From contig JBEWZL010000236.1 of assembly GCA_045837725.1 (NCBI GenBank), positions 1-64,000 of the forward strand: 64,000 nt of DNA. Direction: 5' to 3'. This DNA comes from Vermamoeba vermiformis. Its lineage: Eukaryota. The notes beneath the pieces are model-generated. The model made no database searches. It was not told the DNA's origin and saw only the letters and a program-made list of their open reading frames with translations. The position numbers were made by a program, and so were the translations under genes. Positions 46,224-59,542 of this stretch are shown piece after piece (within the stretch, counting starts at the first letter, position 1; every line of letters begins with the position of its first letter).

Positions 46224-48748
46224 TTAATCGCTGGCCGTCGCGGACTCTTCCTTTTTAGCAACATACTTTGTTTTGACTTCATGGTACTTGTCCTTCATAG
46301 AACTATTGCTCTTCCAGTGCGAGGTGAGGGATGAGGGCACGGAATTGTAGTGCTTGGCCAAGTAGAACGAACTGAATTCTTTAGCGCCTGTGACTTCACC
46401 ACGGACCTTGATGAACCAAGGGAACTACATACGAATTAATTAGATGCAAGTTGAATGGGTAATCCCGTTGCAGAAGATCTAAATCTAAAAAAGGCAAAGA
46501 GAACCGAAAATGAAGCAGTGTAATTTCAGTGCAGCAAAGGCACGTACCGACACGACGGGGCCGTCCGACTCGGTGTTCAAAATAGTGAGGCCGACATTGG
46601 GCTCCAAGAACTGGTGCAGTTCAAAATAGGTGTTTTCGTGCAAGAAACAAAACACTTTCTTCTTGACGGCCATGCGGCTTGGATCTGCTTGCTTCAACAG
46701 CGCGACGTATTCTCGGCCCGAAATAGCTCGTTCCAAAATGATTTGTTGGTCGGAACCAGCGGATTCAGTTGCACTTCTGACAGTACTGAGCGTGTAAGTG
46801 TAGATGCCGTTCTGACCACGTCTAAAATTTACAAGATTAGCGTCACGTTAGCATTGAGTCGTGTTTCAAAAGCAATTCTCGTCGAGAGTCCCGAAAAATT
46901 GAAAGTGTCAAAAGTGATGCTTTGGAGGCTTTGTTCCGGCGGCTCCGAAGTTCGCAACGGCGTGGAATTTGATTATTACCTGCGCAAGTATGTGTAACCA
47001 GGCGAGGACTCTTCGGACTTGAGGTAAGTCTGTTCGACTTCGAATCCCTCCATCTTAACGCCCGGCATCTTGCTCAAATCTGCAACGTAGATCTGGTCAA
47101 TACTTGGCTCGCATTGGATGGTACATGTAATGTATACATACCAGCTTCAACTGGGGTAACGACGAACTTGCGTTGATTCTCAACAGGACGCGGGAGACCG
47201 ATCATCTGACAGACAATTTCATTGACACGTGCGATCTTGCCTTTGAAGTCCGTGCTGTTGTCTACAATGCGAATGTGAGGGTGACCGACCCACGCGTTCA
47301 ACACCTAATGTCGCAAATCAAATCAGAACATGTCAGATGGTCGTAGAGGTGCTGTCAATTATACCTTAAAGTCGAGATCCCGAGCCTGTTGAAGATTTTC
47401 CGTGCGTGCAGCATTGTTTTCAGTCGTGTAGAAACTTTCAGCACCAATAGCAGCAGTGACCATATGAATAACGGCGTCATAGCGTCTGTCGGGGGCGTTA
47501 ATTTACATCACGAATCGAATTTGTCATTTCAAATTAAAATCTTGACGGTTTGTTCCGCGTTTGAATAGCGTGATTCGAATCTTTGTCGGGCCGTTACTAA
47601 TTATATTCTCGGCCAATAAATTTTATCTCGTGGTCGTTGACTTACTTATCGCGCAGATCCACCACGTTCCAGCCAAACTCATCCATGACGACTTCCCACG
47701 TGTCACGATCCAAGTAAGCGGAGGTGTCCATGGTACCTCTGTCGCAAATAATAATGCTAGGCACCTTGCTGGACTTAGCTACGGCAAAAAATGCGTCTTC
47801 TAATGCGATTTTAGTCTTCACCAAGTTTCCTTCAAACGAGATGCGCTCAGCTTCGGGCATCAACCACGGACTGAGACCGCCTATGGATATAAATATAAAA
47901 ATTAATTAATGTGCTATGTGAGATGAGTACTGATCGTGTAATTGTGCGCTCATTACACACCTGTAATTAACATTGTGGCTGCTTCTGGTACGCGATACAC
48001 TCTGAAACCAAGACTTTGCAAACTATATTATAATATATTGTTAGTATATGGTGCACATATGATGTATATTATGAAGGCATTACCGGTCGGAAATGTGGGC
48101 CAAGGCAGTAGATTTACCTCCGCAGGGACCACCAGTCAACACAATTCTGCAATGCGTTAATATGTTACAATAGCACCTATATTAATGGCGACTATACCTA
48201 TAAATTGGAGGATCACCGTCACCTGTTCCACGTGTATTGCCGGCTTGAATCCGTCCCTCGGCATGTTTTGCTGATTTTTTGTCCTTCTCTTGCATTTTAA
48301 CGTCATCTCCATATAGAACAAAATCTAAATAATAAAGCATTGTTAATCTCAAGAGTGCACGAGTAAATTGACATCCGATCTAGATGCGATCCGTTTTATA
48401 CCCAGCTCGGTAATAAAATAACACTTTCGTGTCATTAAATTTAAATATCAATGCTCTTACATGCAGCAGGCACTGCAGCGACTGTAGTGAATAACCACAA
48501 ACGATCCTTCTTGAAGACCGTGTTGTGTGTACTGGTGGAAACGTGTCGTTGTTGTTTACCGGTATCTACATAGTTGATGTAACGGTATTAGTTATCATGA
48601 TTGATATGCGGTGATAATTTAATGAATTTAAAGGTGTTTTGCAATGGATCCGTACTTTTCACCGAAGTATTCTTGCCGCTTCGGAAGCTTCGAGCAAATA
48701 ACGATGTAACTCGTTGATGTGACGCATTGTGCACTGATTGTGCGCATC
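46224..48748 (-). CDS. Ttd14-like protein (NadR/AAA_28 P-loop kinase + CYTH domain); 5' end uncertain, possibly extending to ATG at 49270
   Basis: P-loop IVLTGGPCGGKST; motifs VPEAAT, CDRGTMD, RYDAVIHMVTAA and AWVGHPH; CYTH motifs RKFVV, EQTYL, LRRRGQ and ERAISGREY. Confidence 0.88.
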
Positions 48749-49791
48749 CTAAATAGAGAAGGAATTATTAATAATTTACAGCTTGTCGTTTGATAAATTT
48801 CAACTGCCGATCCAAAAAATAAAACTAATTCGGAAATAATCTAAACTATTGAATGGTATTATTCCTCGTTTATCCGACGAAAATTTCATGGTATTTTTAC
48901 GCATTAAAATAAATTAAATGTTTTGGTAACGGTCAGAAAATGATCAGATTCGCTTTCTCTTCGTTGATGCTCGTTATATTCCTGTATATCTTACTATAAA
49001 TACTGTTCCAGGTACGCATGGTCGTATATTATTGATTCTGTGTCGTTCTGGTGTTAATCCGTGCAACAGAAAAATCAACTAGTCCTTTCAGATAACAGCA
49101 AGTTTTTTATTGAACCGTCCAGTACAATATTACTACAATCATATTGCGGGTACTTTACTAGCCGTATTTTACTTACCAATTCGCTTGATCAGATCACGAT
49201 CGCATCCCAGATCGTACGATGAAGGTGCGGTGGGCAATATTGTACTTCTTAGCTTCATATTCGCTATCATATGTGCTTGTCAAATTCTAAAGCTTTGAAA
49301 GCTCTTAGAAAAAGAAGGACACGTTTTGATCGAGTTAGTTTGGTTGTTATTATTTACAATTGAAAATTATCTGTTAATTATGTAATAATATGTTAAGTAT
49401 GGGATCATAGTACCAGATTGTGCAATCTACTGATTTTCATAGCCTTAATTATTAATAAAAATAATTAAGACATACCAATTCAAATATCTGTTCGGTATAA
49501 TCATCTCCCAATAAAAATAATATAATTTAGATAAAAAAAATAAAAAACACAGCTGATCTCCATACGAGCCTCCTCATCCTGGATTTAACCAGTCAGAATC
49601 GCCTTCTAGTCCGCTCATTGAGATATGACTAAGTAGGTCACATTCCCATCAGCCTCGGCTTTTTGTTCAGCTCTGAAGACCAGCTGCGTGGTCTGCACCA
49701 GCAGAAAAAAATTTGCAATTAGATCCAGCGACGTTTTGAACTTTTCTACCTGAGGAATAATACACTTCGTATTAATTAAAATACCAAGTCT

Positions 49792-50041
49792 ATGGAGTCA
49801 ATTAAAGGACTGCCTAAAGCGCCATTGGCTGTATTCATCTTGGTGCCGCTTGGTTTCTTAGTTGGTATCACAGTCCGCGAGTCCTACGCACGAAAACAAG
49901 TAAAATTAATTTATATTGAATTATTTATGTATTAATTAGCGATATTAGACGGAGGCAGAACGGGATGCGCTGATAAAAGAAGTACTACGAGCAGAGATCA
50001 GACAAAAATTAGAAGAGGAGGCAAAAAATGTTAAAAAATAG
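49792..50041 (+). CDS. Small single-TM protein with charged helical tail
   Basis: Two exons give MESIKGLPKAPLAVFILVPLGFLVGITVRESYARKQ-TEAERDALIKEVLRAEIRQKLEEEAKNVKK*. Not in the ORF track. Confidence 0.5.
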
Positions 50042-50148
50042 GCAACAATTACTACAATGTAAATAGTATCCATGTAAAATAATTTGACGTTTCAAGAAAA
50101 TCTAGATCCAGCTCTTTTTAAATAATTTCGATTTTATTCACAAATTTG

Positions 50149-53100
50149 TTATTTCTTTTCGTCTTTTTCAATCTCTGCAAGCACTGACTTAAACAGCTCG
50201 TCAAACCCTCGCTTTTCTTTCAACGCACTGTAAACAGCATGTTAGAACAGTACCCTTGTTAACCTATTACTATGCATACCTTTCAATCTTAGCTTTGTGC
50301 TTGAATGGCACGTAGTCCATAACTCCGTTGCCCTTCTTGTCTTTGACCGTCAGATCCACGCCCTTGGAGACAAACAGCCGCACATTGAGGCCCATCTTGT
50401 GGATGATAATGTCGTTGGCAAATGACGCGTACTGCACTGCGCGGTGAATGGGATACACGCCGTCTGTCGCGTCGTAGAATGCAGGCTCAGCACCCGCCTT
50501 CAACAACAAGGCAGCTTTCTTGGGCGCGAAGATGAGACACGCCTTGGTGAGGCACTGGTTCAATTCTTCAACGGGATAGGTCTTGCTGTCGAGCATGGTC
50601 TTCAATTGCTATACAAACAGCGTCAGTATTGTACGAGCAGTATTGTTATTGGTTAGATTGCAGTAATGTCAACACTTACTGTCGCAGTGCCAGTAGCCAC
50701 ACACGCGAACAGATCGTTGAACACGACACTAGCACCAATCTCAGGGAGTTCACTGCGCGGTGAGAGATCTTCGCGCGGTATGGTGATCTCAGCAATGGGT
50801 GTGGAAGGCTTGTTCGGTGTGCTCATGCTCAAACTGCGCCTGCCACTCGGACTGTTAGTGACTGAGTTGACAGCAGGTATGTCGCTAGTAGTGTTGTTGT
50901 TGTTAAGAATGCTGTTCGTGTTGTTGGTGTTGTTCTTATTGTTCTTGTCGTCCTCTTCCAATTTGGTCACGGTCTGACCAGGGCCGTAGCGCAGAGGTCG
51001 TGGCAGGTCTTGGCTTTCTTCATCGCGTGGCAGTTCAGACGAGAAATAACGACGTCCCTTCATGGGTCTGGGAGGTATGCTCGACATGCCCACAGCTGAG
51101 ATGTATCTGAACGAGGTGTACTGATATTTCTATGATTGGTCAGTTCGAGCAGTACTACTACATCAAATCAACAACATACCTCTTCTTCTTTGTTGTTCTT
51201 GGCCTTTTCAATGTCACTCTTTTGCTTCTCTTCGGTTGCAGCAGTTTCATCGTCAGTGGGCCTAGTCCAGTACACGTACACGAGTGTGTATTGACAATCA
51301 TCCACGTGCTACAAGAGGACATTGTTAGCGAACAGGTACAGGTATTTGACGGACTCACCGTTGTCTTCTTAGAATAATAAATATACGGATTCATGCCCAG
51401 TGCCACAGTGACATTCTCGCACGGGTCATCAACGCTTTGATCGACTTCGTACCACACGTCCGTGAAGTACGCCACTCTGTTCTTATTGAACACATGGAAC
51501 AACACTCGCACCACTGTCGGGGTGCTCTTATCGCTGAGTCTAAACGATAATTCGACCTAAAATCAATGTCAGTAAAATTTAAGTGCATTCAGCATGGGTG
51601 CACGTACAATGCCGATTTCATTCTCTTTGTACTCTGCATTGACCACAATGGACTTGAAATCTTCTTCAACGGGTGATTTGTCAATGTTCTTGGGCAAAAA
51701 CTCTCTGTACAACGAGTTAGTACGAGTGCATGAAGGGTGCTCTACGCGTACCTGAGATTGACCTTCTGACCAGCAGGCACCAAGAGCGGCTCTGAGCGGG
51801 GCATTGGTCTGTCGAGTCCGACAAATGAATAGCGCGGCAAGATGAATGAGTCACTGCCGTCTAATAGAAGTGTTAAAAACAATCATCTAGATGCCGCATA
51901 TTCCACGTACTGATTTTGAGTGCTGAAATCAAAGCTGTGTACTCTTTCTCGTTCTCCACTTCCTTTCGCACGTATTGGTAGGCATTAGCGTGGAAAGCAA
52001 CTCGCTTCAACGGATCTGCTCCCTTCTCGAGCAACAATTTGACGATTGACACTTTTTGATCGAGTGTCAATCCCGTGCTTGTCAAACAATAAGCCAGTGG
52101 TGTCATTGTTGTCTCTTCTCCTTCAAACTCGCAGTTGGCATTGGCGCCGTACTCATCGATCAATTGACGAGCCAAGTCCTGCAAACGCGATCAATAACGC
52201 AGCAAGCACGAGGTACTGAGTAACACTTACTGCTTCTGCGGCCTGTGCACTGTCACAGAGAGCTCTGTTAGGATCAGCATTGAACTTGAGCAATAGCTTC
52301 ACTGCGTCCTTGTTGTTCTTGCGCAGTGCCTCGCTGAGTGGTGATTTATTGTCCCCTGGTCAGCGCGTCAGATCTGACCTTCAAGAGAATATCCAATTAT
52401 ACTTACACATGTCACACGAGAAGAATGTCTTCAGATCTAAATTATCTTTCTTATATTGGTTCAATTGCTTTTCGAGAGGATCTAATTTTCCACTCTCCAA
52501 ACAATCTGCAACTAATTTTGAAAATTGTCGGATTAACTCGCGAAATCGTTCAGAATCACGTGAGAATATTGGTGATTTGAATCTACGACTCATTTTAGGA
52601 CTTAACGCCCAGTTTCTACGTGGACTAGTCGGCTGTAACGAGTTAAGTTAAAACTAGAACACATTACCGCAAATTCTTTAGACGCACCTTAGTGCCATTG
52701 GTAGGGACATTGATAGTATTCGTTTCAGACTGAGCAGCTGTTTCTACGTAGCTGATGGCGAGGTGCAATGAACCACACACTTTGTCGCGTCGTCCTTGGC
52801 GTGGCTGCAAGTCAAACCACTCGTCAATACCTTGACCTGGATTGGTCAATAATCGACGTGCAGGAATGCGCACTTCGCCCATAAAGTCATTGATGAGCAA
52901 GCTATGAATGAATATATATGAGCATATTCATATTCAAAGAAACAAATATTGAGCTTACTCTTTGTCCCAGCAAGTAAACACGAGCATGAAATTATCGGCC
53001 AAATCGATGTCTATTTCAAATACTTCGTCCCATTGCTATTCACAATACATGACATTAGATCGCGTGGTCAAATCGAGTCAAATGTGTTCAAGTTCGCTCG

Positions 53101-53510
53101 AGCGGTATAATTTTGGATTTTTGATCCAGAGATCTAAAGAATTAATCTCGTCTTAAACAGCTAGTACATACCGGATTCAATGTCCTCTTAATAACGTGTG
53201 TTCTAATACCCCTAAGGATGATATTTTCGCGCACAGGACTCTTGCCTGAATCGCTCTTTTTGAATAATTTAACTTTGTTACTTTTCCGCTTTTGAGGGTT
53301 TGCTCCATTTGCCTCGGTGCCAGCATTAGTGTTATTCGCAGTATCAACTACATTTGCATTCGTTCCAGTGCTTGGTATTTGAGGCTCGACGCCTGGGACC
53401 GAATTGGGGATTACAGTTAAAATTCGAACAGAAACGAATGGATCGCTAGTTCCATTTCTGTCTTTTTGGCTCAGCTCTTTGCCTTCAATCACTAAACGCA
53501 TAATTAGCAT
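50149..53510 (-). CDS. C2 domain + ankyrin-repeat protein
   Basis: C2: IEGKELSQKDRNGTSDPFV..RTHVIKRTLNP.W..CWDK..NDFMGEVRI..DEWFDL. Two ankyrin clusters: TPLAYC..LLLEKGADP and LLLKAGA..YPIHRAV..KGVDLTVKDKKG. Confidence 0.8.
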
Positions 53511-54012
53511 ATTTTAAATAATCGATAGAAAATATCGCACAACGGACAAGATTTTTAAAGATATTGGGCGGAAAAGTTCTAGATTCAATTAATAAATTGA
53601 CGAATTAATTATAAACGCAACGCAAACGATGTTGATAAAATTAAATTGTCAAAATTTATACCAATTAATTCAATGATGGTTGAATAAACATACCGCTGAT
53701 AGTTAACCGATGCAGAGCTTGTGTAGTCATTTATAAGTTTAATATCAGTATATCGTTGCTATATAATACAATACTATTAACAGACGCCGTTATATTAGAC
53801 TCTCAACATTGTGTTGCAGTTCGGCGGGCATAAAATGATTGACTGCCGAAAAGCATTGCAAACTCTCTTGAGGAAACAACAACCACCTAATACTATTATA
53901 TGCTCCAAGTTGAGTTGAATTAAGAAGCTAGGAACGGAAAACGGGAACCAAGCGTTTGCGAGCGATATTAGCTTTGATGCGTGCACAAATACGATTTTAA
54001 TTCGCTATTAGC

Positions 54013-54631
54013 TTACAAAAATGCAACAAATAGTGCAAAAAATAATACAGCAAAGCTAATCATAGTTCTTGGGCTGGAGCTGAAGTCCACATCCAAACAG
54101 CTATAATAAATTTCGCCTCCTCCATCAGTCGCGTCAAAAGCCAACTGAATAGTGTATTCGCCCGAATCAATAGCTCCTCCAGCTGTGAATAATGGTGTGA
54201 CTGGTAAATCCCAGACGATATCTTCTTGCAAACCAAATCCAAAAGGCAACGAATTTTGATAAACTGTCAACGACTGAACCAAAGAACCAGTATCTCGTCT
54301 AATAGCACTGACGATATATTTGTTGACGCTAGTCTTATTTTGATGGCTGATCAGCTGACGGACTTGATACCTTGGACTTAAATACAGAATGTCATGGTAA
54401 GTCATTGTATGGACTTGATCGATGGTGAAATTGCCACCACAAGGCCCGTAGGTTCGTCCACATCTAACAATTAATTATTAATAAATAATTACGCGTCCAC
54501 TAATGCAATTACGAATCTGTATCACTGCAAGCTCCGCCTCGTGGTTCAGGGCTCGAAAACCCGGCATGGCACTCGCAAACCGTCGCAATAAATAATAAAT
54601 AAACAAATAACACCAGCAGTGTTCTATACAT
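54013..54631 (-). CDS. Histidine-brace X325/Bim1/LPMO-like copper-binding, GPI-anchored protein
   Basis: Signal peptide ends at VCEC, followed by H-AGFSSPEPRG. Motifs GPCGG, ISHQ, YTIQL and YYSCLDV, with a hydrophobic C-terminus. One intron. Confidence 0.72.
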
Positions 54632-54984
54632 TCTAACGACAAAAATAATGTCCTCCGTGTCAATCTTTGACATCAGGACGCTAAGTACCCAAGGAATAAT
54701 TCGAACAATAAACAAACTGTTTAGAGGGCAATTATTTACAACGATTTATTCCTTCTCGCGGAGCCGAGAAGAGAATGACTATGTACATTATTTACAGTTT
54801 GTTATGCTACAGCTGGCCAAGTAGTATTTTACAGGCATTAGGAGGGGGTGTGGGTATTTCAAATTGACTCCCTACAAGTCAATTGCCACTCGAAGAGACT
54901 CGTCAAAGGACAAACTCCTCGTCTGCGTCTTCCTCCACTAGTTTCATTTGATTCATTGGTATTTACAGTGTCGACTGAATCAAA

Positions 54985-56771
54985 TTACTTGAAGTGAGTG
55001 CGCAAGTGGACTTTCATGTTGCTGCTTTGGGAGAACTGTTTGTCGCAGTGAGTGCAAACATAGGGCTTCTCGCCAGTGTGGACGCGCAAGTGACGGTTAA
55101 GGTTCGAACCGTTTGAGAACGACTTGCCACACTCTTCGTAGGGGCAGACGTAAGGCTTCTTCTTTTGGTGGATGTTCATGTGGTCCTTGAGGGTGTTGCT
55201 GTGAGTGAAGGCTTTGCCACATTCTTCGCACACGAAGGGCTTCTCAGCAGTGTGAGTGCGGAGGTGCTTGTTCATGTTGGAGCTGTCGCTGAAGGTCATG
55301 TCGCACTCGGGGCAGTGGAACACGCCGTCATCGTCCTTAGCCATACGAGTGTCAATGATAGTCACTGACACGGTGAATCCCTTCTTGTTGGAGCGAGGGG
55401 ACTTGGCTTCCTTTTGGCAGCTGGACACGACGCTCTCAGCGCATTCGACGTCTTCGCAGACGGGCTCTTGTTTGATCTTCTTAGGGGCATCGCCTCTAAG
55501 ATCTTCAGCGCTCTTTCGCAAGTAGTTTTTGCGCTTGCGAGTAGCAGGCAATTCAGTTTCCATTTCAGAGCAAGAGCGAGGTGAGCTGTTGCCTGAGCCA
55601 CGAGGAGAGCGGCGATGAATGCCATCTTCGGTATCTGCAGCAGCGGGGCTAGCGGCAGCCAAGTGGCACGCTGAAATGCAAGTGGATTCAAGTTTAACTT
55701 GTTGTTCCATTTGATCAACGTAGAATTTGATCTTTTCGAGAGTCGGTGCTGAGAGCTTGTCCAACTCGAAAGTCCATTCCTCGTGTTCTTGGATCAATAG
55801 ATTTGGTTCTTCTTGCGAAACAATGTTCAAAATGCCGCGCAAGATTGCTTTGTTGCCTAGGCTTGCAATTTTCTTTGCCAAATCGGTTTTATCTTGATAG
55901 CTCATTTCGCTGAATATAAATTGTTAATGTTTGCTTGGAGTGACGTTTGCAAATCCAAACGGATCACACGTCCAGAATTTTCTTGTAATGCGCGCACAGA
56001 ATGAAATTAATGATGACGATGAATATTACGTTCAATTTCCCATCAATCAATGATAATTTGAGGCAAATTAGCAAGATTCGACAAAAGACTTTTACTGCTC
56101 AGGTAGAGCAAACTTGACGTCATGAAGTCAATTTGAATGGCCGGCAATTGAAGATAAATGTGCTCGATGGTGAACTTACCCAGTGAGTTGCATGGCATTT
56201 AATTCGTGACCAGCAGAAGAGATGGGAATTCTAGAATCTGTGGTGAAGATTGTATTTTCGACTTCCATAGTATCGCAGGTAGCTGGGAGATTGGCGTCGA
56301 AGCCTAAAAAGTCAGGGTATTCCATTCCAATAGGGTCCATTGTTGTATCCAGGATTTCTGAAAAAGTGTTCTGTAAGCAAACAGAAAGAGAGACAAGGAA
56401 GCAAAGAGAAGATATGCTTGCGTGGTTAAATCTTTTAATAGTCATGTAAAATGATGTTCATAAAACGGGACAGAAAGTGCACGCCCGCCAAGAAAAAGCT
56501 GCGCGTTTTTTTTGTTGCAGATTCTGATTTGGGAAAAGAATTTCTTGTCTAATTGAATTAGTAACATACCCATAGATTCGCCACGTTGGGAAAAGGCGAA
56601 GGCAACTGGAGGGGCAGTGTACTCGAGGCAAGGCTCGGTAGCCCATACGATAGGTTCGTTCATTAACGAAAGGCGTCTGTTTTCATACTCTTCGCGAGGC
56701 ATGAAGCCACGATCGTAGAGATCCTTCAACATATCCAAATTGTCGGCAGGTGATTGCTTAACTTTACCCAT
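54985..56771 (-). CDS. ET (extra-terminal) domain + four Kruppel-type C2H2 zinc fingers; upstream exon encodes a SHOCT-like motif
   Basis: ET: MSYQDKTDLAKKIASL..LRGILNIVSQEEP..EEWTFELDKLSAPTLEKI. Zinc fingers with HTAEKPF/HTGEKPY linkers. SHOCT-like LDMLKDLYDRGFMPREEYENRR. Confidence 0.85.
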
Positions 56772-57364
56772 GGTGATGTTGTTGTTATTTAGCCAGTTGA
56801 TTATTGAATCAAGGCCTGTAAACGCTCAGTTAGCCAGTGTGATTGACAAACATAGTGTGTGCCGATGGAAGGTTGATTTTGTACTAAAAGCGCTTCGTGG
56901 ATGGTAAGAGAGAAATTTAAATTTACGGAAATTGAGCGCCTTTGTAAATCCGGCATTGTTGTTGCTTGCACTTACGTTGTTTATATTTACAATACAATAC
57001 ACTAAACGAAAGTTTAGATTATTCGTTGCTTACGTGGTTACACGTTCAGTTCGATATTATCTGAAAGGCTAAAACCGGTTTTTATGTTGTCAAGCCAAAA
57101 ATAAATCAGTCACGTGCGTTCTAAAACACGTGGGTACACTTTCCTTTTATGACGAAATTAATAAATTCCAATAATAATCTCCCCAGCCGAGATTCAATAA
57201 AATACGCCCAAAATACCACTATCTTCCTTTTATAGTACAATGCTATTTTTCACCTAATTCTGTTCAATTTCGCAAGCCGGTAATATTGTTTGTTACTGCA
57301 CATCTGTTGTGAAAACAACAAACCCGACTTTTTTTCTTTTTATTTTACCTCCCAGTCGCCACCA

Positions 57365-59312
57365 ATGAACTCTCTGTGTTTATTTACTAGGCGCAGTGCC
57401 ACCTTACGAAGATTATGTGGTACCCACAAGCCTAAACAAACAAGGTTTGATATTTTTTGAATTTAAATCCCGGCTCATCGGTCTCTTCCTTATTTTTTAT
57501 TTCGTATTATAAGCACCGACCTGGTACCGAAATTATACGTCATATTTTCCTACACTCCCCGAAAGTCAGTAGATAATTTTAACTAAAATTGAAAATAAAT
57601 GCTCCTCCCAGTCGGGATAAAATTCCTTTACCCGATAAGTCTACCCAGCTATATACCTCAATTTAGATAAAATCTTTACACGTTGTATTGAAGGGCATAT
57701 TCGACCAAGCCGTCCGTGTTTATCACGATGCCCATGCCCCAAGCGGGCCTTGAAATGATTCATAATAAATGCAATGTCACGCACTGGAACTCAGACGAGC
57801 TCATTACGCGTGCACAACTGCTCTCAAGGTACTTTAGTCACGATTAATTATATGTGATATTAACACCGCTGTTTAGTGTCAAAGGAGTGCAAGGCATTGT
57901 CTGTCGATTGTCTGATCGCATTGACCGCGAGTTACTCGAGGCTGCAGGACCGCAGCTTAAAGTAGTCAGTACGATGTCTGTGGGCTTTGATCATATTGGT
58001 ACGTCAATTTACATCTGTGATTGCTATCTCGTAACAACATGACGCGTAAACATTACAAAATATCTTTTAACGGCCCGATTAAAATTAGCGCTAAATGTGG
58101 CAATCCATTTCAATTACTGCGCTGTGAGCGATCGTGCATTGAACATATGTTACAGTCGTGATGTTTTATCGCTTAGTAACAGAGCAGCGCTGGATTCAAA
58201 TTTGTCCATATTAAGCGCTTGCCTTATAAGGCAAATCAATAAATTTTATTTGTTTGAGGGCAAACACTCCGCTAGTGGCGCCACTACGATCTATTAGAGA
58301 ATACCTTATTAAGATTATGTGTCTGTAGACCTTGCAGCATGTAAAGCCAAGGGTGTGTTAGCGGGAAACACTCCAGGTGTTCTGGATGATACGACCGCGG
58401 ACTTGGTGCTCACTCTGCTCCTAGCCACTGCGCGTCGTGTTCCGGAGGTATGTTATTCATCCATTAATGGATCGATGAGGATTTAACATCCTTCCAGGCC
58501 GTAGATGCGGTTAGAAACAATGAATGGACCGCAAATTGGAGACCGCTCTGGTTGTGCGGTGCGGATGTACACCACTCGACCGTTGGTATCATTGGTCTTG
58601 GTCGCATTGGTAAGCGGAGTATCTGGATTGAGAATCATCTGGCGGGAAATCAATTGACGATTGTATTTTAGGTGCTGCTGTTGCCCGTAGATTGAAAGGC
58701 TTCGGTTGCAAGATCTTATATAGCGGCCGCTCGCCTAAACCAGATGTTGCAGGTCCGTTGGATGCTGAATACGTCCCGTTGAATGAATTGTTGGCCCGCA
58801 GTGATTTTGTAATCCCATTGACACCCTTGAGCGATGTACGTTATATAATTAAGAATATAAGCCTCGTGTTGACTAGGACTAAGACTTGGCACTGCAGGCT
58901 ACACGCGGCATGATAAATAAGGATGCCTTGTCACGCATGAAACCCACGGCAATTTTGATTAATGCTAGTCGTGGTCCTGTGGTGGATCAAGAGGCTCTTG
59001 CTGAAGCATTGAAAAAAGGAACAATTGCAGCGGCAGGTGAGAATTCTGTTTTGGAGCAATAATCCAAAGACCAAAGACTCGATGAGTATACCTTCAAAGA
59101 CTAACGAGTATACAGGCCTTGACGTCACGACACCTGAGCCATTGCCGCGCGACAGTCCTCTCTTCTCACCGGACATTCCTCGCGAAAGACTCGTTATCTT
59201 CCCGCACATTGGCAGCGCTAGTGTCGCGACGCGTACAAAAATGGCAGTGCTCGCTGCTGAGAATTTGGTTGCTGGTGTTGAAGGCCGCCCATTGCCCTAT
59301 CCAATCAAATAA
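57365..59312 (+). CDS. GRHPR: Glyoxylate/hydroxypyruvate reductase (D-2-hydroxyacid dehydrogenase), mitochondrial presequence
   Basis: Motifs [57 protein letters not shown] and FPHIGSAS. Confidence 0.92.
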
Positions 59313-59542
59313 ATGTGACACGCGTGTTTTTGAATGATAGGTGATATATTGGTAGTATTATTACAGGTTTTTGTACAGGTACAAGCAAAAGAAAAGTGAG
59401 TGCGAGGTTCAGTGAACGAGTCATTCAAGAAACTATACATGATTTTTTACATAAGAAGACTCTTCACGCACCTCATTAGGCGTTCGATTTGCAAAATTGC
59501 CTATCCATGAGTGCTGCGTTATAATCCGCGAGAACTTAGTGC

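Noticed and set aside
49596-49615. U5 snRNA loop-like TCGCCTTCTAG
   Set aside because: It does not match the invariant GCCTTTTAC loop, and there is no flanking stem or proper Sm site.
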